The notes under the pieces were generated by a model. That model did not search any database. It worked only from the letters and a program-made list of their open reading frames with translations, and was not told where the DNA came from. Below, in pieces: positions 1 to 9,816 of a stretch of DNA of 45,851 nt; position 1 is the first letter of the stretch, and each line of letters begins with the position of its first letter. The DNA lies in assembly GCA_018894615.1 (NCBI GenBank), contig JAHIPL010000037.1, positions 1-45,851 on the forward strand, given 5' to 3'. Made by a program: the position numbers and the translations under genes. Origin of the DNA: Acidobacteriota bacterium. Its GTDB lineage: Bacteria > Acidobacteriota > Aminicenantia > Aminicenantales > Aminicenantaceae.

Positions 1-2382
1 ATGAACATCCCCTCCTTCGAGCACGAAAGCTACGAGGCCGATGATCTCCTGGGCGCCCTGGCCTGTCACGCAGCGGCATTCCATCTGATAACAGTGCTTG
101 TCTCAACAGACAAGGATCTCCTCCAATTGATCGACGAAAACACCATGATGTACAATCCGGCCAAGGAGATCTACATCGGGAAAAAGGATGTCGTTGATTA
201 TTTCGGTGTTCGCTCGGACCAGGTTGCGGATGTTCTTGCCCTCTGGGGAGATGCTTCAGACAACATTCCCGGAGTGCCGGGGGTGGGAGAAAAAACAGCT
301 AAATCACTTATTACGGAATTCGGTTCGCTCGATGCCATCCTGAAACATCCCGAACGAATCAACAATCCGCGCCTTCAAACCAAAATCGCAGAAAACCTGG
401 AAATCCTCAAACTCAGCCGGCAGCTCGTCGCCATCGCCTGTGATGCCCCGGTCGAATTCGATCTGGAATCTCTGCGGCGCGGATCACCGGACAATGACAT
501 TCTGATCCCCCTGCTGAAGGAAATGGAGTTCTCCGGATTTTTATCGGAAGCGACAAAAACAAAAACGACCGATAAGACGGAATACCGCGCTATTCTGGAC
601 GCCTCTTCTCTCCAGGCCCTGGCCGACAGAATCAGAAAGACAGGGTTTGTCGCTCTGGATACGGAAACGGACAATCGTTCTCCCACAAGGGCCAGGCTCG
701 TCGGCATGTCGTTTTGCCTTGAACCCGGCGAGGCCTATTATCTGCCTATCGGGCATGATTACGAGGGCGCGCCGAACCAGGTTCCTTTCCAAACCGTTCG
801 CTCCATTCTGAGCGAAATTCTGGAATCCCCTGCTATCCGTAAACATGGACAGAATATTAAATACGACGCCATCGTTCTCAGGAATGCGGGATTCGATCTT
901 CAGGGAATCGATCTCGATTCCATGATCTTGTCCTACCTGGTTGAACCCAACCAGGGAAAACACGGCCTCGGCCGGCTCGCTGCCGCCCACCTCGGCCTGC
1001 CCACCATTCAATACAGCGATGTTGTGGGGCGGGGTAAAAATGAAGTCACCATGAACGCGGTCCCCATCGACACGGTGACGCCATACGCCTGCCAGGACGC
1101 GGATTTCGCCCTGCGGCTCGTAGGGCACCTGTGGCCGGAAGTGGAGAGGCAAAAACTGGAGCCCGTCTACCGAGAACTGGAACAACCGCTCATTCCTGTT
1201 CTTGCCGACATGGAGCAGTGGGGGATGAAGGTGGACGGGGAAAAGCTGCGGAACCTGTCGGAAGAACTCCAGGAAGAGATGAGCCGCCTGCAGATCAAAA
1301 TTTTTGAAATCAGCGGCGAAGAATTCAATTTGAATTCCCCGCAGCAGCTGGCCCGGATTCTTTTTGAAAAGCTAAGGCTTCCTCCCTCGCGAAAGACAAA
1401 GGTGACCCGGGAATATTCCACCGGCCTTGCCGTTCTCCAGGGCCTGGCTCCCAGGCATCCGATCGCCAAACAGATGCTGGAATACCGACAGTTGGCCAAG
1501 CTGAAATCCGGATATGCCGATGCCCTCCCTCAGCTCATTCATCCCCGGACGGGGCGGATTCACACCTCCTACAACCAGACCGTTGCCGCCACCGGCAGGC
1601 TGTCCAGCAGCGATCCCAATCTTCAGAACATTCCGGCCAGAGGAGAGATGGGGATCCGTTTCCGTGAAGCATTCATTCCTGAAGCGGGCCGCCTGTTTTT
1701 ATCCGCCGATTACGCCCAGATCGAACTCCGCGTCCTGGCCCACCTCTCTGAAGATCCCCGTCTGATCGGGGCGTTTAAAAGCGATCGCGACATCCACAGC
1801 GAAACGGCCGACCATGTGTTCGGACAGATGATCGGGCTGCCGGAGGGAGAGGCTCGGAGACGGGCCAAGATCATCAATTTCAGCATCATCTACGGCGCCT
1901 CGGCCTACTCTCTCGCAGGAGAACTGGGGACCTCGACTTCGGAAGCCCAGGCATTCATCGACCTTTACTACGAGCAGTTCCCCAGGGTCCGCGCCTTTCT
2001 GGACGGCACTGTGGATGAAGCGCGGGAGAGGGGCTTTTCCACAACACTGTTCGGCCGAACCCGCCCAATCCCGGAGCTGCGTCAGAAAAACAAAACCGTC
2101 CAGCAGGCAGGGCGGCGCATCGCTCTCAACACGCCCATCCAGGGAACGGCCGCCGACCTTATCAAAAAAGCCATGATCGATATCTGGAGGGAGATGAAAA
2201 AGAAAGGCCTGCAGTCCACCATGGTCCTTCAGGTCCATGATGAACTGGTCTTTGAAGTTCCGGACAAGGAGCAGGTCATCATGGAAGAGCTGGTCCGGGA
2301 CCGAATGGAAAATGTCCATCCACTCCATGTCCCCTTGCAGGTCCACCTCGGCTGGGGCGTCAACTGGGCGGAGGCAAAATAA
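1..2382 (+). CDS. polA: DNA polymerase I, 5'-truncated by the window edge
   Basis: 5'-3' exonuclease motifs (YEADD, DKDLLQL, GDASDNIPGVPGVGEKTA). Intact 3'-5' exonuclease motifs (LDTET, NIKYD, YACQD). Polymerase motifs (ADYAQIELRVLAH, RRRAKIINFSIIYG, LQVHDELVFE). The N-terminal part of the 5' nuclease domain lies outside the window. Confidence 0.98.
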   Translation: MNIPSFEHESYEADDLLGALACHAAAFHLITVLVSTDKDLLQLIDENTMMYNPAKEIYIGKKDVVDYFGVRSDQVADVLALWGDASDNIPGVPGVGEKTAKSLITEFGSLDAILKHPERINNPRLQTKIAENLEILKLSRQLVAIACDAPVEFDLESLRRGSPDNDILIPLLKEMEFSGFLSEATKTKTTDKTEYRAILDASSLQALADRIRKTGFVALDTETDNRSPTRARLVGMSFCLEPGEAYYLPIGHDYEGAPNQVPFQTVRSILSEILESPAIRKHGQNIKYDAIVLRNAGFDLQGIDLDSMILSYLVEPNQGKHGLGRLAAAHLGLPTIQYSDVVGRGKNEVTMNAVPIDTVTPYACQDADFALRLVGHLWPEVERQKLEPVYRELEQPLIPVLADMEQWGMKVDGEKLRNLSEELQEEMSRLQIKIFEISGEEFNLNSPQQLARILFEKLRLPPSRKTKVTREYSTGLAVLQGLAPRHPIAKQMLEYRQLAKLKSGYADALPQLIHPRTGRIHTSYNQTVAATGRLSSSDPNLQNIPARGEMGIRFREAFIPEAGRLFLSADYAQIELRVLAHLSEDPRLIGAFKSDRDIHSETADHVFGQMIGLPEGEARRRAKIINFSIIYGASAYSLAGELGTSTSEAQAFIDLYYEQFPRVRAFLDGTVDEARERGFSTTLFGRTRPIPELRQKNKTVQQAGRRIALNTPIQGTAADLIKKAMIDIWREMKKKGLQSTMVLQVHDELVFEVPDKEQVIMEELVRDRMENVHPLHVPLQVHLGWGVNWAEAK

Positions 2383-2385
2383 CGA

Positions 2386-3510
2386 TTACAGGGATTTCTG
2401 GTAAATGCGGTATTTTTTGTAAAGCTTTCCGCCCATCCGGACCATTTCACCCCTGACCTTTACATTGCTTTCCAGTTCGTGATGCGTGTCCATCAATTCA
2501 AATCCGCCCGTGATGGCCGAGTCGATCATCGCCACTCCCATCAGGACATCGACACCACGGCCCTGGTGTTCGGGTTTGATGGAGCCGATAAAAAGCTGTA
2601 AGATCTTCGTCCTTTTCTGGGCGCGCAGAATTTTAAATATGCCGAAGGGGAGGATCCGCCCGCGAGCCCTCTTGATTCCTTCCGTTATGTCGGGAATTCC
2701 GACGACGAATCCGATCACCTCTTCACCAGCGGTTACGACTTTGACAAAACGGGGGTCAAGGATGGTCATGTATTTCCCGGCGAAATCCTTCATTTCCGCT
2801 TCATTCAGGGGCGTGTAGCCGTAGATGTTGCTGACGGTGTAGCACTCGTTCATCAACTTGAGGACCGGGATGATCCAGGGTTTGATTTCCTTTTTCTTTT
2901 TAAATTCAATGAGTGTATATTTCCCTTTTCGCACAACGCGATCATGGATCTTATTGTAGAACTCGGGCAGTTCTCTTGGAACAACGATCTTGTATACAAA
3001 ATAGTCCACCTCTTTCGTATAGCCAAGATCCTCGATATAGCCCGGCATCCAATCGAAATTGTGGTTGGTCACCAGGGCCGCCCGATGCTCAAATCCTTCG
3101 ATCTGAAAACCCTCCGGATCCTGGTCGGTGAACCCGTGGGGGCCGGCGATTTTTGTCATCCCCTTTTCCCTTGCCCAATCCTCCACCTTTTTGATCAGGG
3201 CATTGACAACCTCTCTATCCTCGTACGTTTCCAGAAAGGAAAAACGGGCGGCTTTCTCATTTTTCATTTCGTTGTATCGGCGGTTGATGATCCCCATGCA
3301 GCGGCCGACCAGGCGCCCGTCCCTGTAGGCAAGGAGGCGGACGGCATCGCAGAAAGCAAAAGATTTGTTTTTTTTCGGATCATAAAACACCTTTTCGTCC
3401 ATATAAATGGGATGAACCCATGTGACATGATCCTTGTGTATCCTTTCAGGCAGATAGATAAAGTCCTTCAATTCCTTTTTCGTTTCTATTTCTTTGATTT
3501 GGACGGACAT
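2386..3510 (-). CDS. GNAT-fold N-acyltransferase of the YghO / bacterial ceramide synthase (bCerS)-like family
   Basis: 374 aa with family-like segments F..LP.......W..P, GR.VGRC.GIIN, WAR.KGM.KI.GP.GFTD.D.EG..IEGF and I.PEHQGRG (acyl-CoA loop). Recognised from memory, not by search. Confidence 0.65.
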   Translation of the reverse strand: MSVQIKEIETKKELKDFIYLPERIHKDHVTWVHPIYMDEKVFYDPKKNKSFAFCDAVRLLAYRDGRLVGRCMGIINRRYNEMKNEKAARFSFLETYEDREVVNALIKKVEDWAREKGMTKIAGPHGFTDQDPEGFQIEGFEHRAALVTNHNFDWMPGYIEDLGYTKEVDYFVYKIVVPRELPEFYNKIHDRVVRKGKYTLIEFKKKKEIKPWIIPVLKLMNECYTVSNIYGYTPLNEAEMKDFAGKYMTILDPRFVKVVTAGEEVIGFVVGIPDITEGIKRARGRILPFGIFKILRAQKRTKILQLFIGSIKPEHQGRGVDVLMGVAMIDSAITGGFELMDTHHELESNVKVRGEMVRMGGKLYKKYRIYQKSL

Positions 3511-3631
3511 GATGCTTTCACCCTCTCATTGAATTGCGAGTTAATCCTATCTCACCCAAAATGCAAAAATCAACAAAAACAATCGCGGCGGCGGCATCCG
3601 GACAAGCCCGGGGCGGAAAAAGGGCGAGGGG

Positions 3632-3661
3632 TTGACAAGGATTACGGAGTGGTAATACACT
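3632..3661 (+). promoter_or_regulatory. sigma70-type promoter of the rnf operon
   Basis: TTGACA (3632-3637), 18-nt spacer, TACACT (3656-3661), about 45 nt upstream of the rnfC ATG. Confidence 0.6.
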
Positions 3662-3707
3662 TTAGAATTCTCTTTTTTAGAGGAAAAGAACGGAGTTTTG
3701 AACAACA

Positions 3708-5027
3708 ATGAGAGCAAAAACGTTTCCCCGCGGGATCCATCCTCCGGAGTTCAAAAGCCTTTCCGAACATCTTGCATTCGAAACTCTTCCGGCCCCGGAT
3801 AAGGTCTATATTCCTCTCCACCAGCATTTCGGCGCCCCGGCCAAATCGCTCGTCAATAAAGGGGACGAGGTGCTGGTCGGTCAAAAAATCGGAGAGGCGC
3901 CCGCCCTGTTTTCCGCCGACGTTCATTCCAGCGTCTCCGGAAAAGTCCTGGCCGTAGAGCCCTACATCCACCCCGCCGGGAGGCCCGTCCTCTCCGTCGC
4001 CATTCAAAACAACGGAGAAGACCGCCGAGTGGACCCGGGCGACATTCCTGCGGATCCCACGGCCTTGAGCGCGGAAGAAATCAGGAAAAAAGTCAAGGAA
4101 GCCGGAGTCGTCGGAATGGGAGGCGCCGCCTTTCCCACTGCGGTCAAACTGTCTCCTCCCAAAGACAAGCCCATCGATACGGTGATCATCAACGGGTGTG
4201 AATGCGAACCCGTGCTTACCGCCGACCACCGCCTGATGCTCGAGTTCCCGGAAGACATCATCAACGGCGCCCTGCTCGTCCGGAAGGCGACGGGAGCCGC
4301 CCGGATCATCATCGGCGTGGAGAACAACAAAAAAGACGCCCTCGATCTGCTGCGGAAGAAAGCGGCCGGAACGGGGATTGAGGTGGAAACGGTCAAAACC
4401 AAATACCCCCAGGGGGCCGAAAAAAACCTGATCTCCGCGATCCTTAAACGAGAGGTCCCCAAGGGCGGGCTTCCCTTTGATGTGGGTGTCGTGGTGCAGA
4501 ATGTGGCCACAGCCAAGGCCGTTTGGGATGCGGTCGCCCGCAACCTCCCCCTGTACGAACGCCCCCTCACCGTTTCCGGCCCCATGGTTACCACCCCAAA
4601 AAATCTGATCGTCAGAATCGGAACACCCTTTCAGGCGGTCCTCGATTCCTGCGGAGGAATCAACGGCGAAGCGGACACTCTGATCATGGGGGGCCCGATG
4701 ATGGGCCTGTCCCAGTGGACGGCCGATGTTCCCGTGATCAAGGGGACGAGCGGCATCCTTCTCTGGAAGATGGACAGGTCCCCCCGGGAATATGCGTGCA
4801 TCCGCTGCTCCCGGTGTGTGGACCACTGCCCGATGGGACTCGTCCCCACTCAGATCATGAAACTCGTCAAATACGATCACCTGGAAAAAGCGGAAACCTG
4901 GGGGGCCCAGGACTGCGTGGAATGCGGAAGCTGTCAGTACGGCTGTCCGGCAAAAATTCCTCTCGTCCACTGGATCCGCCTCGGCAAAAATAAAATAATC
5001 AGCATTAAAAAGAAAAAGAGCGCCTGA
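3708..5027 (+). CDS. rnfC: Rnf electron transport complex subunit C
   Basis: AGVVGMGGAAFPT, INGCECEP, KYPQGAEK and two [4Fe-4S] motifs (CIRCSRCVDHCP, CVECGSCQYGCP). Confidence 0.97.
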   Translation: MRAKTFPRGIHPPEFKSLSEHLAFETLPAPDKVYIPLHQHFGAPAKSLVNKGDEVLVGQKIGEAPALFSADVHSSVSGKVLAVEPYIHPAGRPVLSVAIQNNGEDRRVDPGDIPADPTALSAEEIRKKVKEAGVVGMGGAAFPTAVKLSPPKDKPIDTVIINGCECEPVLTADHRLMLEFPEDIINGALLVRKATGAARIIIGVENNKKDALDLLRKKAAGTGIEVETVKTKYPQGAEKNLISAILKREVPKGGLPFDVGVVVQNVATAKAVWDAVARNLPLYERPLTVSGPMVTTPKNLIVRIGTPFQAVLDSCGGINGEADTLIMGGPMMGLSQWTADVPVIKGTSGILLWKMDRSPREYACIRCSRCVDHCPMGLVPTQIMKLVKYDHLEKAETWGAQDCVECGSCQYGCPAKIPLVHWIRLGKNKIISIKKKKSA

Positions 5028-6001
5028 TGTCGAGCAACTCCTTTTTCCTCAAATCGTCTCCTCATTTCAGGGACGGGGATTCCGTGCCGAAGATCATGTA
5101 CACGGTGGTTATCGCCCTCGCGCCGGCCGTGGCGGCCTCGGTCTATTATTTCCGCTGGAGGGCGGCCGCACTCTACATCACCTGCCTGGCCGCCTGCCTC
5201 ATCACAGAAGCCCTCTTCCTCAAATTCCGGAAAAAACCCATGTTTTCCCTCTGGGACGGGTCGGCCGTCATCACGGGGCTTCTTCTGGCCATGGTGCTGC
5301 CTCCTTCCATTGCCCTCGACTCTGCAGCCATCGGAGGTGTCGTTGCCATTGCGCTCGGAAAACAGGTTTTCGGAGGCCTGGGATACAACATTTTTAATCC
5401 GGCCCTGGTCGGCCGCGCCTTTCTTCAGACGGCGTTTCCCGTCGCCATGACCTCATGGATGCCGACGGCCGCGCTGAAAGCGGACCTGGCCACCTTTGCC
5501 ACGCCCCTTGGAAACCTGAAATTTCAGGACGCCGTCTCCCAGGGAACGCTGTCGCCCCTAAAGGATCTGTTCGTAGGCAACGTCGGAGGATGCATGGGAG
5601 AAACCTCCGCCCTGGCCCTCCTGATCGGCGCCGCCTTTCTTCTCTACAAGCGGGCGATCGACTGGCGGATTCCCGCCGGGATCACCGGAACGCTGATCGT
5701 TTTCACCGGAATTTTCTGGCTGGGCGCCCCTGACCGTTACGCCTCCCCGGCTTTTCACCTTCTTGCCGGCGGACTCTTGATCGGTGCGTTTTTTATGGCA
5801 ACGGACATGGTCTCTTCTCCCGTCACGCCCAAGGCGACCTGGATTTACGCTGCCGGCATCGGCCTCGTCATCGGCCTTATCCGCCTTTTCGGAGGATTCC
5901 CTGAAGGCGTCATGTACGCCATTTTATTCATGAACACGTTTGTCCCCCTGCTCAACCGATTTACTCGGCCGCGCATCCTTGGCGAAAGGAGGGCGCCATG
6001 A
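5027..6001 (+). CDS. rnfD: Rnf subunit D
   Basis: SSPH N-terminus, KQVFGGLGYNIFNPALVGRAFL, FMN site T-x-ATPL, GCMGETS, FFMATD, many TM helices. Confidence 0.96.
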   Translation: MSSNSFFLKSSPHFRDGDSVPKIMYTVVIALAPAVAASVYYFRWRAAALYITCLAACLITEALFLKFRKKPMFSLWDGSAVITGLLLAMVLPPSIALDSAAIGGVVAIALGKQVFGGLGYNIFNPALVGRAFLQTAFPVAMTSWMPTAALKADLATFATPLGNLKFQDAVSQGTLSPLKDLFVGNVGGCMGETSALALLIGAAFLLYKRAIDWRIPAGITGTLIVFTGIFWLGAPDRYASPAFHLLAGGLLIGAFFMATDMVSSPVTPKATWIYAAGIGLVIGLIRLFGGFPEGVMYAILFMNTFVPLLNRFTRPRILGERRAP

Positions 6002-6603
6002 ACGTGACGGCTCGAATGATTTTCGTGCTGACCACCGTGGGCCTGATCTCCGGCGCCCTGCTGGCAACGGTCGGAATGCTGACCCAGGAACGAATCGATC
6101 TGAACAAACAGCGGGAGATCGAAGCGGCCATCCTTCAGGTTGTCCCGGGAACGCAATCGAGCCAAACAGTGTTCGAGCAGGACGGCATAACGGTCTATGC
6201 CGGATCGGATGGACAGGGAAACCTGCTGGGCTATGCCGTCCTGGCATCGGGAACGGGATTTCAGGACATCATCACCCTCATGTTCGGAACAAATCCCGAC
6301 CTCTCCGTCATCTCGAAGCTGACGATTCTGGATCAGAAGGAAACGCCCGGCCTGGGCGCCAACATCACGTCCCGGGACATGTTTCTGAAATACTGGGACA
6401 ATAAGGACAGCGTGAATCCGCTGACCCTGCACAAGCCGGCCGTCCGCACGGCCGGAGAGCTGGGCCCCGGTGAAATCAACACCATCACCGGGGCGACCAT
6501 TTCTTCGGAAAAAGTCCTTCAGATCGTCAATGAATCACTGAACGCAGTGAAAAACTTGAACAACGAAGGCAAACTCGAAAAAGAGGACAAACATGGCCGC
6601 TAA
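5998..6603 (+). CDS. rnfG: Rnf subunit G (FMN-binding)
   Basis: One N-terminal TM helix, ETPGLG, flavinylation motif ITGATISS. ATGA overlap with rnfD. Confidence 0.95.
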   Translation: MNVTARMIFVLTTVGLISGALLATVGMLTQERIDLNKQREIEAAILQVVPGTQSSQTVFEQDGITVYAGSDGQGNLLGYAVLASGTGFQDIITLMFGTNPDLSVISKLTILDQKETPGLGANITSRDMFLKYWDNKDSVNPLTLHKPAVRTAGELGPGEINTITGATISSEKVLQIVNESLNAVKNLNNEGKLEKEDKHGR

Positions 6604-7204
6604 AAGCATCACACAGGAATACCTCAAGGGACTGTGGGACGAAAACCCTGTTTTTCGCCAACTTCTCGGCATGTGCCCCATCCTGGCCGTCACCAACGCG
6701 GTCATCAACGGCATCGCCATGGGCCTGGCCACCGCCTTCGTCCTCGTTCTAAGCTCGCTGGTGGTCTCATCCATTAAAAAATTGATCCCCAGCCAGGTGC
6801 GGATCGCCAGTTATATCGTGGTCATCGCCACTTTCGTCACGATGGCCGACCGGTTTTTAGCCGCCTACTTCCCTCCTCTGTCCAAATCTCTCGGTCCCTA
6901 TGTTCCTCTCATTGTCGTCAACTGCATCATTCTCGGCCGGCAGGAGGCCTTTTCCTCCAAAAATTCCATCGGCCGGTCGATGATCGACGCCCTAGGGATG
7001 AGTACGGGATTTATTCTGGCGCTTCTGACGCTCAGTTCCATCAGAGAAATCCTCGGGACGGGAACGTTTCTCGGCCATCAGGTGCTGGGGGCCTGGTTCA
7101 AGCCCTGGATCATCATGATTCTACCGGCGGGCGCCTTCATCACCCTCGGCATTCTTCTGGCGCTTGCCATGTTCATCGAACAGAAAACCAAGGCAAGGAG
7201 TTGA
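6593..7204 (+). CDS. rnfE: Rnf subunit E
   Basis: ENPVFRQLLGMCP, VRI...VIA, PLIVVNCIILGR, PAGAF. Confidence 0.96.
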   Translation: MAAKSITQEYLKGLWDENPVFRQLLGMCPILAVTNAVINGIAMGLATAFVLVLSSLVVSSIKKLIPSQVRIASYIVVIATFVTMADRFLAAYFPPLSKSLGPYVPLIVVNCIILGRQEAFSSKNSIGRSMIDALGMSTGFILALLTLSSIREILGTGTFLGHQVLGAWFKPWIIMILPAGAFITLGILLALAMFIEQKTKARS

Positions 7205-7782
7205 GCGTGGAACTTCTGATGATTTTTATATCAGCCATCCTGGTCAATAACTTCGTCCTCTACTATTTTCTCGGAATCTGCCCTTTTCTTGGTGTCAGCA
7301 AAAAAATCGATTCCGCCGTTTCGATGGGCCTGGCCGTCACGTTTGTGATGACCATCACGGCCGTTGTGTCCTGGATGATCAATCACTGGATCCTCATTCC
7401 GAACAAACTGGAGTATCTGCAGATCGTGACTTTCATCCTGGTCATCGCCTCTCTGGTCCAGCTTGTCGAAATGTTTATCCGAAAAATCAGCCCTCCGCTT
7501 TACCAGGCGCTTGGCATCTATCTTCCGCTCATCACCACAAACTGTGCCATTATGGGGCTGGCCCTGATCGCCGCCCTTAAAGAATATAACTTCGCCACGA
7601 CCGTCATTTTCGGGATCGGCTCCGGAGTCGGATTCACGCTGGCCATCGTCCTCATGGCCGGCATCCGCGAGCAGCTTGATGTGTCCGATGTCCCTCGTCC
7701 TCTCAAAGGAGCCGGCATCGCTCTCATCGTGGCGGGAATCATGGCCCTGGCCTTCCAGGGTTTTTCAGGAATGATAAAATAA
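7201..7782 (+). CDS. rnfA: Rnf subunit A
   Basis: NNFVL..FLGICPFLGVS, LGIYLPLITTNCAIMG. TTG start (or GTG at 7207) overlapping the rnfE stop. Confidence 0.96.
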   Translation: MSVELLMIFISAILVNNFVLYYFLGICPFLGVSKKIDSAVSMGLAVTFVMTITAVVSWMINHWILIPNKLEYLQIVTFILVIASLVQLVEMFIRKISPPLYQALGIYLPLITTNCAIMGLALIAALKEYNFATTVIFGIGSGVGFTLAIVLMAGIREQLDVSDVPRPLKGAGIALIVAGIMALAFQGFSGMIK

Positions 7783-8621
7783 TGAGCCTCCTCATACCGA
7801 TTCTGACAATGGGGATCCTGGGGCTTCTGTTTTCTGTTGGACTGGCGGTGGCTTATCAGAAACTGAAGGTGGACGTGGATCCAAAAATTGAAAAGGTTTC
7901 GGAAGCCCTTCCCCAGGCCAACTGCGGGGCCTGCGGATTCAGCGGATGCGCGGCCTTCGCCGAAGCGGTCGTGGCCGGGAAGGCGGAAGCCAGCGGTTGT
8001 CCGGTCGGAGGAGAGGAAACCGCTCAGGCTGTCGCCGATATCCTGGGCCAAGCCGCGGGAAGCGTCGTTAAAAAGATGGCCCGCATCCACTGCCGCGGCA
8101 CAAAGGAAGCGGCTCTTGCCCGGGGTGAATATGAGGGCATTCCTTCCTGTACCGCCGCCAACCTGATCGGAGGAAACAAGCAGTGCTCGTACGGCTGCAT
8201 GGGATTCGGCGATTGCGTCAACGCCTGCCTGTTCGACGCCATCGTCATCAGCGAAAACGGCCTGCCCGTCGTTTCGGAAGAGAAATGCACGGCCTGTGGA
8301 AAATGTGTGGATGCCTGCCCCCGTGGAATCATCTCGCTGCAGCCCCTTGCCGAGAACATGATGGTGTTCTGCCGGTCCCTGGACATTGGGAAAACGGCCC
8401 GCAAGGTGTGTAAGACGGCTTGTATCGCCTGCGGCATCTGTGCCAGGGCCTGCCCCGACGGAATCGTGATGGAAAACAACCTGGCCGTCATCAAGGATAA
8501 AAGCAAGATCGAACACGAGCAAATCCCGGCCATCGAAAAGTGCCCGACAAATGCCATCGGGCGTATTCACAGAAAGCCGGACGTCGACGCGCCTCCGCAG
8601 GAATCGCAGGAATCAGCATAG
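7782..8621 (+). CDS. rnfB: Rnf subunit B (polyferredoxin)
   Basis: N-terminal TM helix, LPQANCGACGFSGC, CPVGG and several CxxCxxCxxxCP motifs. Confidence 0.96.
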   Translation: MSLLIPILTMGILGLLFSVGLAVAYQKLKVDVDPKIEKVSEALPQANCGACGFSGCAAFAEAVVAGKAEASGCPVGGEETAQAVADILGQAAGSVVKKMARIHCRGTKEAALARGEYEGIPSCTAANLIGGNKQCSYGCMGFGDCVNACLFDAIVISENGLPVVSEEKCTACGKCVDACPRGIISLQPLAENMMVFCRSLDIGKTARKVCKTACIACGICARACPDGIVMENNLAVIKDKSKIEHEQIPAIEKCPTNAIGRIHRKPDVDAPPQESQESA

Positions 8622-8631
8622 GCAGGACAGC

Positions 8632-9063
8632 ATGAGGGACAAAGGAACCGTGGTCGAAACATATGAAGGAATGGCCAGGGTCGAGGTCCGCTGTCTCAGC
8701 GCCTGCCATGACTGTTCCGCCCACTCTCTCTGCATCGGCCACCATCACTCCCGCGGCCTGATTTCCGCCCGCAACCCTCTCCGGGCCGCCGCCGGAGATG
8801 AAGTGGAGATCTTCGTCCCCGAATCCTCTTACAATCGGGCTCTTATCCTTCTTTTCGGCGGTCTGCTGGCGGCAATTCTTCTGGGGCTTGCGGGCGGATA
8901 CCTCCTGGGGAGCACGGTGAAGATTCCCGCGGAAACGGCGTCCGTTCTGGGGCTGTTTCTCGGGCTTTCCGGGGGGGTCGCCGGCCTTGTGCCGGTGTTT
9001 AAAAAATGGAACAGAAACAAATTATTTCCCGTAATAACGGAAAATTACGGCAAAGGAGCATGA
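8632..9063 (+). CDS. rseC: RseC/MucC family membrane protein
   Basis: G.VV start, Cys motif ACHDCSAHSLC, A..GDEVEI, two TM helices. ATG 8632 follows an AGGA RBS; the ORF-track start at 8551 overlaps rnfB. Confidence 0.85.
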   Translation: MRDKGTVVETYEGMARVEVRCLSACHDCSAHSLCIGHHHSRGLISARNPLRAAAGDEVEIFVPESSYNRALILLFGGLLAAILLGLAGGYLLGSTVKIPAETASVLGLFLGLSGGVAGLVPVFKKWNRNKLFPVITENYGKGA

Positions 9064-9064
9064 C

Positions 9065-9787
9065 ATGGAAAGACGGGATTTTTTCAAGACCATTCTGACG
9101 ACGTCCCTGCTCACTCCCCTTCTTCTTGAGTCCAAATCGACTCAAAATGAATTGGAATTATATCTTCTCTCAGATGACCCCCATCATTCACTTCCATCCC
9201 TCCTTAAGGGCACGGGATTCGGGGGGGCTAAAACATATGATTTCAATGGATTCCATCCGAAAAGGCTGGAAATCTCAGGAATGCTGGAGCGGAGCGGATG
9301 GACTTCCGCCCGTTCGGGCCGGGCATCGCTGCTTCTGTCTCACAGCCGGCTGCAGAAAAAGGCCGAACCCAGCTTCACTCTCGTCAGGAATGGAAAAATT
9401 CTGGATGCCCGGGCCGGAGAGCTGAAGTCCCTGTGGCGCAGCCTTCGTCAAAATGCTCCTCTGACTTTTTCCCTGACCTCCGCATCTCTTCATTCTGCGT
9501 CCTCCCGTATTTCGGCCGGAAAAACCGCCCTCTGCACCATCGACGGCCGACAGGCGGCGAGGCTGAATCTCCGCAAGAACGGCAGCCGTACCTTTGCGAC
9601 ATCCAACGGCAGGGTATCGGTCAAAGTGGAAAGCGGTGCCGTCCGAATCGAAGAGTCAAGCTGTAAAAATCACATCTGCGTCCACTCGTTTCCCGTCTCC
9701 CTGGAAGGCGAACGGATCATCTGCGCCCCCAATCGATTCATGATCGCGGTCGAGGGCGGCCGCACGGTGGACACCATTATCGGCTGA
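9065..9787 (+). CDS. NusG domain II (DUF1312) protein with Tat-like signal and extra N-terminal domain
   Basis: N-terminus MERRDFFK; C-terminal SSCKNHICV...GERIICAPNR matches the NusG-II Cys pattern. Confidence 0.8.
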   Translation: MERRDFFKTILTTSLLTPLLLESKSTQNELELYLLSDDPHHSLPSLLKGTGFGGAKTYDFNGFHPKRLEISGMLERSGWTSARSGRASLLLSHSRLQKKAEPSFTLVRNGKILDARAGELKSLWRSLRQNAPLTFSLTSASLHSASSRISAGKTALCTIDGRQAARLNLRKNGSRTFATSNGRVSVKVESGAVRIEESSCKNHICVHSFPVSLEGERIICAPNRFMIAVEGGRTVDTIIG

Positions 9788-9816
9788 TCGACAGAAGGAG
9801 ATTTTAACAAGAAACT

